A stretch of 63,576 bases of DNA, the filler included. It is 5 parts of 5 records of this genome, joined end to end, with 100 filler letters (N's around TTAATTAATTAA, not from the genome) between each part and the next. Parts side by side here need not be neighbours in the genome. Positions count along the whole stretch, not along the records: positions 29,763 to 46,595 come from DRR723986_5105; positions 46,696 to 57,471 come from DRR723986_5109; 3 more parts are not named here. One strand, written 5' to 3'. Positions 39,299 through 48,418 of this stretch are shown here, piece by piece (the first letter of the stretch is position 1; each line of letters begins with the position of its first letter). Below the pieces are notes generated by a model that saw only the letters and a program-made list of their open reading frames with translations, did no database searches and was not told the origin of the DNA. The position numbers and the translations under genes were made by a program.

Positions 39299-40381
39299 TC
39301 AATAACGCCGAGCATCACCAAGCTCCGCCGGCTCGCCAAAATTTTGCTGCTGGTTCGACGGCGGAAGCTGTGCATCCTCCAAATAACGCGGACTGCTCGA
39401 CTCTAAACGCCCTGAGTTGGGCGGGGTACCGAACGAGTCGAAGCGTCCACCTGATGAAGTAGACGGGACAAAACTTTCGCGAGGGGGTGTAGTCGAGGGC
39501 GGCAGGGTCGGTGATGGCACAGGACCTCGATAGTAGGGAGCCGGAAACGCCGCGAAGCTCCCGTAGGGCTGAGCAGCAAATGAGCGGTTGGTCGTGCCGG
39601 CTGACGGAACGGGCGGAGCTGCTGAGACGCCTTCGCTATACAAGCCAGCGATCGTCACCGCCGCATCAACGTACTTCGTCTGATTGCCATTGCGCTGATC
39701 GATCCCCTTCTTGAGCGTAGCGATCTGCTCTTCGAGCTTCTCTAGTTTTTTGGTGCGCCACCATGTTTCAATCTGGTAATGTGCTTGGTAGTTTTCTCCG
39801 AGCGCTTCCAGAACCTGCTTCTTCTCGGAGTCGCTGGCAGCTTTGAGTTTCTGTAGCAGGATCGGATGGCGTCCCGCAGTAATTGTCAGAACCGCTGAAC
39901 GTGTTCCGTCGATGCCGAGCTTGGCGTCCAAGACCTCTTGCCAGGTCATATCCAAGCGAAGGGTCGTTTCCTCGGTTTCCGCAACACGGCCCGGTGGGAG
40001 TGGGTTTCCGAATGGATCGGAAACGTTGACGTCCTTGAAGACTGTCCTGGTGATCGACATCTCCGTGCTTGGGTACTCGATCTTTGCCTTTGACGGAGCG
40101 AACAGGCCTGAGAACTGGCTGTCGAACTCACTGAGCCCCTCTTCAACCGACTTGGTTGCTGACAGATCTTTTTCATCGTCTTGCTCCGGAGACTCTTGCG
40201 GCAATGTCAGATCCGAATCTACCGACAATGCCAAGCTGCTTCCCACCTCCGCCCGCAAACTGGCATCAGCCGGTTCAAGAGCGGGTTGATCTACTGTGGT
40301 TAAGGGCTTGTTTTGAGCGTGTGCGAGCGAGGCTGCAACGCCGTATGTGAGGATGCTGGTCGCTAGTATGAATTTCCTCAT
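39299..40381 (-). CDS. Hypothetical secreted protein with coiled coil and Pro/Ser-rich tail
   Basis: Signal peptide ending AHA-Q; ATGA overlap with the kinase stop; GGAGG RBS. Confidence 0.78.
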   Translation of the reverse strand: MRKFILATSILTYGVAASLAHAQNKPLTTVDQPALEPADASLRAEVGSSLALSVDSDLTLPQESPEQDDEKDLSATKSVEEGLSEFDSQFSGLFAPSKAKIEYPSTEMSITRTVFKDVNVSDPFGNPLPPGRVAETEETTLRLDMTWQEVLDAKLGIDGTRSAVLTITAGRHPILLQKLKAASDSEKKQVLEALGENYQAHYQIETWWRTKKLEKLEEQIATLKKGIDQRNGNQTKYVDAAVTIAGLYSEGVSAAPPVPSAGTTNRSFAAQPYGSFAAFPAPYYRGPVPSPTLPPSTTPPRESFVPSTSSGGRFDSFGTPPNSGRLESSSPRYLEDAQLPPSNQQQNFGEPAELGDARRY

Positions 40382-42297
40382 TGGTTTCCTCCTAAAGGTG
40401 GATCTGAAAAACTGTTTTCCTGCGCGGCTTGCGGACCACTATTGGTAACTGTTTCGCCAGAGCGGTTCCCAAATTGTGCGATCGTTTGTTCGATATCCCG
40501 CATGACTTGATCAAAGTCGGATTCGACGTTCGGGGCCGGAGCGAAGACATCAAAGCTAGGCGGGTGAGTCAGTTGCTGAAGCTCTTGTATCTTGCTGGCC
40601 AGTTCTTCGTACTCGCGATTCCAACGTCCGCTGCGCACATCGAACCGGTTCTCTTCAGTTGCCGCGTTTTCTGGCTGGCCAATTGGCGTTCCGTTGGCCC
40701 TTAAGTCCAAGCTTGAATCGGAGTTGGCACTGAAGTCTTGCGGCGGCAGTTCAGAAAAACCGCCCAACGATGCGGACGACCGCCTGTTCGCACTTGCCCC
40801 CGCTGTGGATGGAGGCAATGGACCTGTACTCGGGTTCATTGCTGGAAGCCGTCCGGCGAACGGACGGGCAGGCGGACCAACATCATTTGCCTGATCTATA
40901 TCATCAAAGTGCATCGGATTGGTCACGTGCGGCCCTTCGCTGTTTGGAGACCAAGATTCCATGGGAGATAGGTCCTCTTCAACTTGCCCTCCCACTATTG
41001 CGTGTCGATCCCGACCAATCGAACGACGGATCGCTTCTCGCGATGAGTACGCCCACCAGGACAAGCCGCCGCAAACCAGCAGCAATCCAGTCCAAGCCAG
41101 CAGTTGGCGGTATTTGCCTCGCCGAACAACGCGCTCACTTGGCACCATCTCTGCCGATACACCGATGTGTTCCAAACTGCCCGACACTTCGACGCATCGC
41201 CGGAAGACTTCATCGGCAGACTGTGGTCGCTCCTCAGGTGATTTTGCGAGCAGGCTATCAACCAGCGCTGAAACCGCAATCGGTACTGAAGGGTTTAACT
41301 GGCGAACCGATGTGTGTTTGGACTCGCAAATTCTATTGAGCACCGCGAGGGTCTTTTCGGCGCGAAACGGCGGCTGCCCTGTCAGCATGAAGTACAGGAC
41401 GCTCCCGAGACTAAACAAATCGCTTCTCACGCAAACGCTGCCACCCCTCGCTTGCTCGGGCGACATGTAGTGAGGCGTACCGGCAACAAATCCGGTTCGC
41501 GTCAAACCGACATCATCAACGGCCCGCGCCAGCCCGAAGTCTGAAATCCAAGCTCTTTGTCCGGCCGATTCGATAAGGACGTTGGCTGGCTTAACATCGC
41601 GATGAACGATACCACGCTCGTGCGCGGCCGACAAACCAGCCGCAACTTGTGAAATGATTCGCAGTGCTTCAGGAGCATCTAAAGGTCCGGCCTTGGCCAC
41701 AATCTGGTCCAGCGAAACCCCGTCGACATACTGCATGACAAGGTAGGGAACATTGCGGGTTGAGTGCACGTGATGGATGGCAACAACGTTCTCATGTGCG
41801 ACCGCAGCACAGGCCTGTCCTTCGCGAGCGAATCGACGACGCGCGGCATTGCTAAGAGCCAAGTCGGGGGAAAGCACTTTGACCGCAACCACCCGGCCGA
41901 GCTCAACATCCTTCGCCCTGAATACGATCCCGGTTCCCCCGAGCCCCAACGTTTCTTCCAACTGGTAACGATCTAGCCTGCCAATGGAGGCAGTGTCATC
42001 CTTGGCAATCAATCCGGATTCAACGAGACGCTTTACAACAAACTCTGCTTGAGCTCCCAAGGAGTATTGATCTTGAAAATCACACGTGTCTTCTGAAGGA
42101 GCTGTGAGCATGCGGGGAAGTTCGTCCCACCAAGGCGCCACGGCGGAGATTTCCATCAAGCGTTGTTGACAAACGGCGCAGCCAGCAAGATGCTCCGTCG
42201 CCCTGTCGAGCTCTTTGGAGGTTGCTTCTTCCCGGACAACTGCCTCGAGAGTTGCTGGGTCGCAATGCCGATTGGTTCCGAATCTTAAGAAGCTCAT
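40378..42297 (-). CDS. Membrane Hanks-type Ser/Thr kinase with N-terminal HxxxCxxC (ZAS-like) motif
   Basis: HLAGCAVC; GLGGTG, VAVK, HRDVKPAN, DFG, GTPHYMSPE; TM near residue 400. Confidence 0.93.
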   Translation of the reverse strand: MSFLRFGTNRHCDPATLEAVVREEATSKELDRATEHLAGCAVCQQRLMEISAVAPWWDELPRMLTAPSEDTCDFQDQYSLGAQAEFVVKRLVESGLIAKDDTASIGRLDRYQLEETLGLGGTGIVFRAKDVELGRVVAVKVLSPDLALSNAARRRFAREGQACAAVAHENVVAIHHVHSTRNVPYLVMQYVDGVSLDQIVAKAGPLDAPEALRIISQVAAGLSAAHERGIVHRDVKPANVLIESAGQRAWISDFGLARAVDDVGLTRTGFVAGTPHYMSPEQARGGSVCVRSDLFSLGSVLYFMLTGQPPFRAEKTLAVLNRICESKHTSVRQLNPSVPIAVSALVDSLLAKSPEERPQSADEVFRRCVEVSGSLEHIGVSAEMVPSERVVRRGKYRQLLAWTGLLLVCGGLSWWAYSSREAIRRSIGRDRHAIVGGQVEEDLSPMESWSPNSEGPHVTNPMHFDDIDQANDVGPPARPFAGRLPAMNPSTGPLPPSTAGASANRRSSASLGGFSELPPQDFSANSDSSLDLRANGTPIGQPENAATEENRFDVRSGRWNREYEELASKIQELQQLTHPPSFDVFAPAPNVESDFDQVMRDIEQTIAQFGNRSGETVTNSGPQAAQENSFSDPPLGGNQ

Positions 42298-42980
42298 TGA
42301 TCAACCCCCTTCGCCGAATCTTCGGTTTGCAAGCCAAGTAGGCTCGTTTGTCTGGCGTGCTCGGCAGAACGCAGATCACTTGCGACTGCATCGGGATCCT
42401 CTTCGGCGGTAACCAACTGAACTTCCTCCCTCAATCGCCGCATCACGCGACAACGGGCAATGTAGACGGCACCAACGCTGAGCTGTAGTTCCGATGCAAC
42501 GCTTTCGATTGCCTGCCCTTCGACACTGGTCAGCCAGAACGCTTGCCATGTCCGTTCATGAAAGTCATCCCGGATGCGCTCCGTGGCCCAAGCGAACGCT
42601 CGACGTCGATGTTCTAGCAAGACCATGTCGCTCGATGGTCGCTGCTGTAAGTCTTTTACGTCCGCCGACTGCGGTTGCCGACGCCGATCGCGTGCCACTT
42701 TCTCAAGTTGCTGTAGACAGATGTTTTTGCCAATTGCGTACAACCAGGTGCGAAACCGGCCCCGGCTCTCATCCTGTCGAAACCGACGCACTGCCTTGCT
42801 AACGGCAACGAACGTCCCTTGCACGACCTCCGACGCATCTGCATGCTGAAGCCCGTACCGTCGCGCTTGCGCGTAAATGAATGGCTCATAAATCTCAACG
42901 AAGTCATGCCAGGCATCTTGATTGGTTGCCGTTTGGATGCTGGCTATCAGGCTGCTTCGCGTATCAGGCGGTCGATTCAT
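42294..42980 (-). CDS. ECF sigma factor, planctomycete kinase-associated type
   Basis: T.SSL, AW..F...Y, G.FR.WL (sigma2); W.AF......G.....VA.EL......VY.A..RV (sigma4). Confidence 0.9.
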   Translation of the reverse strand: MNRPPDTRSSLIASIQTATNQDAWHDFVEIYEPFIYAQARRYGLQHADASEVVQGTFVAVSKAVRRFRQDESRGRFRTWLYAIGKNICLQQLEKVARDRRRQPQSADVKDLQQRPSSDMVLLEHRRRAFAWATERIRDDFHERTWQAFWLTSVEGQAIESVASELQLSVGAVYIARCRVMRRLREEVQLVTAEEDPDAVASDLRSAEHARQTSLLGLQTEDSAKGVDQ

Positions 42981-43403
42981 TGATTGCGCGTCCTTTCGTT
43001 ACGTTTGACTCCAGCCTGGCAGCATATCCTTTCGCGCAGATGAAAAGAATTGTGGGAATATCCACTCGCGCGGCGGAAGATCGCCAATGCTTGCTTTTGG
43101 TGGCCTAGGAGCCTTTGCGGAAAGCCACAACGCCGTTCAAACCGCACTTCTGCGGCCACAAGGGTGCCTGGCGGCGCATTGACGCCGTTCTACGGGATTG
43201 AAACTCGCAAAGCGCAGTTTTCACGCCTCGACAGGATGCTTATAATCCTGGCGGAATCAGTTCCCGTTGCACTCGTACAGCAAGCGCGGCGGCAATCTCC
43301 AGCTCACAACAAAGCAGCAGCAAGATTTTCTGAGCAAGTTGGAGGAAATTGACGATTCTAACGTTAGTGGGCCCGTTATCGTCTATCTGCAAGGCTGCAA
43401 AAG

Positions 43404-43862
43404 ATGACTCCAGATGCTGATTTCTACCAGTTCTCCAAAGAGGTCTGGGACGCCGTACATGATCAGGCTCAGAATGCGCTTGTTAGGCGTGAGTACCTGC
43501 CGGACGAGTCAAAGATTGACTCGATTCGCTGCGTTTTCTTAGACGAAGAGAGCGAAAACAACTACGGACGTCAGGTTTGGTTTTTCGAGGCCGCGGGCAT
43601 GGACCCCGTTGGTCGAAGCCACCGACTGTTTGGTGCCTTGGACTTTTCTGTGGAATACGGCCTGCTCGAACCAACTCGGGCAATGCTGCTGGACGATCCG
43701 CATCACCGACAGCGATTCTTGGAATCCATCACTCGACCACTGAAGAACCAAGTCTGGTCGAGTCCTTCGACGCGTGTGTGGGTCCGATTAACGCTCGCCT
43801 CAGTGGTGATCCTATCTTCGATCTGGCTGCTTTCTCTCGCAGCAGTTCTGCAAGGCGGCTAA
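43404..43862 (+). CDS. Hypothetical protein with C-terminal TM helix
   Basis: 152-aa ORF with natural composition and a hydrophobic C-terminus. Confidence 0.7.
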   Translation: MTPDADFYQFSKEVWDAVHDQAQNALVRREYLPDESKIDSIRCVFLDEESENNYGRQVWFFEAAGMDPVGRSHRLFGALDFSVEYGLLEPTRAMLLDDPHHRQRFLESITRPLKNQVWSSPSTRVWVRLTLASVVILSSIWLLSLAAVLQGG

Positions 43863-44250
43863 GACGCAGTCCTCCAAGGGCTAAACGTCAGGGAGCAGCT
43901 CGGCATGAGATACTCACCGATTGCGTTCTGCTAACGACGGCGACGAAGAATTCTTCGATTCTGCTGCAAATAGTTAGGCCAATACTGCCGCGTTCGGTGC
44001 CTAGAAGCTAACGTAGGAGCTTCGCGGACTGAGGTTGCCTGGGCCACGCTTGCGTTTGACGGTTTGGATAGCTGGCATATTCCTCCGCCGCAGCAAATAT
44101 TTGGCCCGGCCAGTCGAAACCAATCTAGAGTCAAACCCGCTGTGAACGTTCACTGTCCAGCGTGTTCACTCATTCTTGGTAGTCGCCTAACGATCACTCC
44201 CTGCGCCGATACAAGGTGCTTGATTCATAGCTTGTGCAAACAATTTGATC

Positions 44251-45228
44251 ATGGACAGCTCAGCAGCAATTGAGGTGCTCGACCTCAAAAAACGATATCA
44301 GGGCGGATGGATTTTCGGTAAAGGATTCTTGGCTCTCAAAGGAGTCAACTTGACCGTGAACCGTGGTGAGGTCTTTGGACTTCTTGGCCCCAACGGTGCC
44401 GGCAAAACGACACTTATCAAGATCCTCCTTGGGATCATTCGCCGAAGTGAAGGCAAGGCTTCTTTGCTGGGCACGCCAGCCGGCAGCAAGGGTGCTCGGC
44501 GAAAGATCGGCTACCTGCCTGAAAACCTGAACTTCCCGGCCCACCATACGGCTTGGCGAGCACTGAAACTCTACGGTCGCTTGAGTGGCGTTTCTGAATC
44601 CCAGATCAACGCACGCGGCCGAGAACTGCTTGAGATGGTCGGCCTTGCCGGCCGCGACTCGGAACTGGTCCGGAAATATAGCAAGGGGATGCGTCAACGA
44701 TTGGGGCTCGCTCAATCGATGCTGCATGAGCCTGAGTTGATGATCCTGGACGAACCGACCGATGGCCTCGATCCAGTTGGACGGAACGAAATCCGGCAGA
44801 TCATTACTCGACTAAAAGATGAAGGCAAAACAGTCTTTCTGAACAGCCACATTCTTCAGGAAGTTGAGCTTATCTGCGACCGGGTTGCGATCCTTGCTGG
44901 CGGAGAAGTGCGTGGAGTTGGGACACCTCGCGAGCTGACTCAAAAGTTACAGGGACAACTATCCTCTCGACTTCGGATCGAAATCACTTCCACACAAACC
45001 GAACTCGTCGATGCATTTCGAGGTTCTCTGACCAATCATCCACACCAATCCGACTTGGTCGCATTGCCGGGTCAACGTTGGGAACTGACGACTTCGGTGG
45101 AAACGCAGGACGAGACCGACCGCTTGGTCGATCTCCTTCGCCAAAATCAAATTGGCATTTGTCGCCTTGAGAAAACACAGCCAACCCTGGAAGAGGTGTT
45201 CCTCTCCGCCGTTCAGGAGGGGAACTAG
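44251..45228 (+). CDS. ABC-2 type ATPase
   Basis: GPNGAGKT, YSKGMRQR, LDEPT, NSH, PTLEEVF. Confidence 0.92.
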   Translation: MDSSAAIEVLDLKKRYQGGWIFGKGFLALKGVNLTVNRGEVFGLLGPNGAGKTTLIKILLGIIRRSEGKASLLGTPAGSKGARRKIGYLPENLNFPAHHTAWRALKLYGRLSGVSESQINARGRELLEMVGLAGRDSELVRKYSKGMRQRLGLAQSMLHEPELMILDEPTDGLDPVGRNEIRQIITRLKDEGKTVFLNSHILQEVELICDRVAILAGGEVRGVGTPRELTQKLQGQLSSRLRIEITSTQTELVDAFRGSLTNHPHQSDLVALPGQRWELTTSVETQDETDRLVDLLRQNQIGICRLEKTQPTLEEVFLSAVQEGN

Positions 45229-45231
45229 GCC

Positions 45232-46595
45232 ATGAAACCATACATCGCAATCCTTATCGATTCATTCTGGGAAGCAGTTAGCAACAAAGTGCTCTGGGCA
45301 CTGCTAATCTGTTGGTCCCTTGTCCTGCTTGCGCTCATGCCGTTTGGCTATGTCTCGGAAACGAGCTACAAACTGAACCGGTGGGACATCCAAGACCGAG
45401 CTGGCGCGGCCGATGCTCTACGACTGGCAACTCGAGGCGGCGGATCGCCTGAGATGCAGGCCATTGCCAGCAAGTTGAAGCCTGAGTTTGCTGACAAGCT
45501 TAAGAAAATCAGCTCCGCCAAAGCTCCCGAATTGGAGAACATCAAATCCAGTGATTTGGCAAAGGAACTCAACCACGTCCTCAAAGCCTCTGATCTGTAT
45601 GACGAAGACGTTTTTGTTTTACCAAAGGAAGGCAAACGCCGTGAACGCCTCGATCCGCTCATCAACGCGGACGCGGACTCCTTGAGCGAATTAGATCGTG
45701 ATGAACTCAATCGCGAACTCATCCACATGGGAATGAAACGATACATTTCGCGAGCTCAAGGTGAACAACTCTGGATAGGCTACGGCGGGTTCAAACTCGG
45801 TAACCCAATTCCGATCAGCCGTCGTGCAATTCGTGAGTACATCGAACCACTCATTCTCTCAGGAATTATCAAGCTGGGTCTCGGCGTGCTGGCCGTCTTG
45901 GTTGCCATCGTCGTAACAAGCCCCATCATCCCGGACACCTTCAAGTCTGGTTCCTTGCACTTACTCCTGAGTAAGCCGATCTCACGAGTTTGGCTCTACC
46001 TTTCGAAGTTCTTCGGAGGAACCATTTTCGTCCTAGTCAACATAACATTCGTGCTCACCGGTCTGTACTTGATCGCCGGGATACGGTTCGACATTTGGAA
46101 CGCTGGCTTGCTGGCCTGCATCCCGATCTTGATGTTTGTGTTTGTTATATTCTACACCGTCTCGGCACTGGCTGGCTTGATTTGGGGCAACGCGATCGTC
46201 TGCGTTATTAGCTGCATGGTCTTTTGGGCATCCTGCTTTGCAATTGGTGCCGTTCATGACGCCATGTCCACTCACTTTGAAGTTAGCCAACAAGCGACAC
46301 GAGTCGTTCCCATAGCGGATGATTTGCTCGTGGTCGACAACGAAGGCCGGGTGAATGTGTGGAACTCTGAATTCTCGGTCTGGCAGCCTGCCATGGAGAG
46401 TGAAAGTCGCCGAAAGTCGCGTACCTTCGGTCCATTCTACGACGAAGAGAATCAGCGTATTATCAGCAAGAGTTTCTTCACGAACCAGTTCGGTAACTTG
46501 GGTGCAAAGAATCGCGATTTAAACCTGATCAGCTTGGCAGATGACGACGCGGTGGGCGCTCGCAACGAAAGCGAGACAGCCGAAAGCGAGACAGC
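45232..46595 (+). CDS. ABC-2 type permease, truncated at contig end
   Basis: I.DSFWEA, GSL.LLLSKPISR...L.KF.G, several TMs. Confidence 0.88.
46566..46595 (+). repeat. 15-bp coding tandem repeat at contig end
   Basis: CGAAAGCGAGACAGC x2, encoding ESETA repeats. Confidence 0.75.
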
Positions 46596-46695
46596 NNNNN
46601 NNNNNNNNNNNNNNNNNNNNNNNNNNNNNNNNNNNNNNNTTAATTAATTAANNNNNNNNNNNNNNNNNNNNNNNNNNNNNNNNNNNNNNNNNNNN
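46596..46695. other. Artificial contig spacer
   Basis: N-run + TTAATTAATTAA + N-run. Confidence 0.99.
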
Positions 46696-46696
46696 G

Positions 46697-47452
46697 CACA
46701 AGACCTTCTGCATCCCGCATGGCGGCGGCGGCCCCGGCATGGGCCCCATTGGTGTAAAGGAACATCTGATTGCGCATCTGCCGGGCCATCCCAATGATGG
46801 CGGCAGCGCCGTATCGGCGGCGCCATACGGCTCGCCATCGCTGTTGCCGATCTCATGGGCCTATTGCCTGATGATGGGCGGTGAGGGCCTGACCCAGGCC
46901 ACCCGCGTTGCGATCCTGAATGCCAACTACATCGCCAAGCGGCTCGAAGGGGCCTATGACGTGCTTTACAAAGGGCCATCTGGCCGTGTCGCCCATGAAT
47001 GCATCATTGATGTGCGCCCCTTTGACGAAAGCGCCGGTGTGACGGTGGATGACATCGCCAAACGTCTGATCGACTGTGGCTTCCATGCGCCAACGATGTC
47101 TTGGCCGGTGGCGGGTACGCTGATGGTTGAGCCGACCGAAAGCGAAAACAAGGCAGAGCTGGACCGGTTCTGTGATGCGATGCTGGCGATCCGTGCAGAG
47201 ATTGACGCGATTGAAAAAGGCGACATGCCGCGCGAGAACAATCCACTTAAGAATGCGCCGCATACGGTTGAGGATCTGGTGCTGGAATGGGGCGACCGTC
47301 CCTATACCCGCGAACAGGGTTGTTTCCCTCCGGGCGCGTTCCGGGTGGACAAATACTGGCCTCCGGTCAACCGCGTCGACAACGTGCATGGCGACCGCAA
47401 CCTGATCTGCACCTGCCCGCCCATGGAGGATTATGCCGAAGCGGCGGAATGA
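46697..47452 (+). CDS. gcvP: Glycine dehydrogenase (P protein), C-terminal fragment
   Basis: [17 protein letters not shown]-lysine motif, GFHAPT, EPTESE, DNV.GDRNL.C.C. Confidence 0.96.
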   Translation, partial: HKTFCIPHGGGGPGMGPIGVKEHLIAHLPGHPNDGGSAVSAAPYGSPSLLPISWAYCLMMGGEGLTQATRVAILNANYIAKRLEGAYDVLYKGPSGRVAHECIIDVRPFDESAGVTVDDIAKRLIDCGFHAPTMSWPVAGTLMVEPTESENKAELDRFCDAMLAIRAEIDAIEKGDMPRENNPLKNAPHTVEDLVLEWGDRPYTREQGCFPPGAFRVDKYWPPVNRVDNVHGDRNLICTCPPMEDYAEAAE

Positions 47453-47472
47453 TCTGGCGGGATTGAGACAGT

Positions 47473-47510
47473 GCAAAAGGCGGGGCGTAACGCTCCGCCT
47501 TTTGTGTTTT
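47473..47510. terminator. Bidirectional Rho-independent terminator
   Basis: GCAAAAGGCGGGGCG-TAA-CGCTCCGCCTTTTGT between convergent genes. Confidence 0.8.
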
Positions 47511-47519
47511 CGGCAGCGG

Positions 47520-48404
47520 TCAGGTGCTGTCCGGCTCATGCGTTACAAGGAAATCAAAGACCTTTCGCAGCCGGTTCCATGTGGTGCGATCAGGCGCAAC
47601 CAGCAGATGACCATTGCGGCGGGCGGCGGTATATGGCCCGCCATCCAGCATCTCAACATGAGCACCGGCCTGCGCACAGATCAACGCCCCGGCGGCGTGA
47701 TCCCAGGGGTGCAACATTCCGGTCAACAGGAAATCCACATGGCCCTGCGCGACCATCCGATATTCATGGGCAGAACAACGCAGGCTGCTGACGCGGGCAA
47801 AACTTGGCAATGTGGCCGCGACCCGCCGCAACACCGGCCCTTCAAACAAACTGAGCGGGATATACCCCGACAGGTTCTCAATCTGTTTGCCCATCGCAAC
47901 CCTGAGGGGGCTGCTGTTGCCGTTGGCCTTTTGCAACTCGGCCAGCCCCGTCGCGCTGTCTGCGATGGCCCAATCATCGGCAAGTGGATCGTAAATTAGC
48001 CCGAAACCGGGTTTGCCAAATTGTGTGACCGCAAGGATCACGCCAAAGACCGCCATCCCATGCGCAAAATTCCACGTGCCATCCACCGGATCAATGATGA
48101 ACGCCAGCGGTGCATTGGCCAACCCATCCAGCAAGGACGGATCTTTGGAAACGGCTTCCTCCCCGATCACCAGGGCATCGGGGAAGGCGATCTTGAGCGC
48201 CCGTGTGATCATCGCCTCGGCCTGCAGATCGGCGGTGGTCACCAGATCATCGGGGCGCGATTTGCTGCTGATCTCGGCGTCTGCCAAGGCGCGAAAGCGT
48301 GGCAGGATTTCGGCCTTTGCCGCACGGCGGACAATGTTCACGACGTGCTGCTGCTGCGCGGGGCGCAAGGCGAGGGGCAGGGGGGCAGGCAAGTCCTGGG
48401 TCAT
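47520..48404 (-). CDS. Inositol monophosphatase family protein
   Basis: DLVT.AD, GEE, DPVDGT.NF, WDHAAG. Confidence 0.92.
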   Translation of the reverse strand: MTQDLPAPLPLALRPAQQQHVVNIVRRAAKAEILPRFRALADAEISSKSRPDDLVTTADLQAEAMITRALKIAFPDALVIGEEAVSKDPSLLDGLANAPLAFIIDPVDGTWNFAHGMAVFGVILAVTQFGKPGFGLIYDPLADDWAIADSATGLAELQKANGNSSPLRVAMGKQIENLSGYIPLSLFEGPVLRRVAATLPSFARVSSLRCSAHEYRMVAQGHVDFLLTGMLHPWDHAAGALICAQAGAHVEMLDGGPYTAARRNGHLLVAPDRTTWNRLRKVFDFLVTHEPDST

Positions 48405-48418
48405 GTCACATCCGGTTG

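Noticed and set aside
44142-44153. 12-bp palindrome GTGAACGTTCAC upstream of the ABC pair
   Set aside because: Short, single copy and no adjacent regulator; could be chance.
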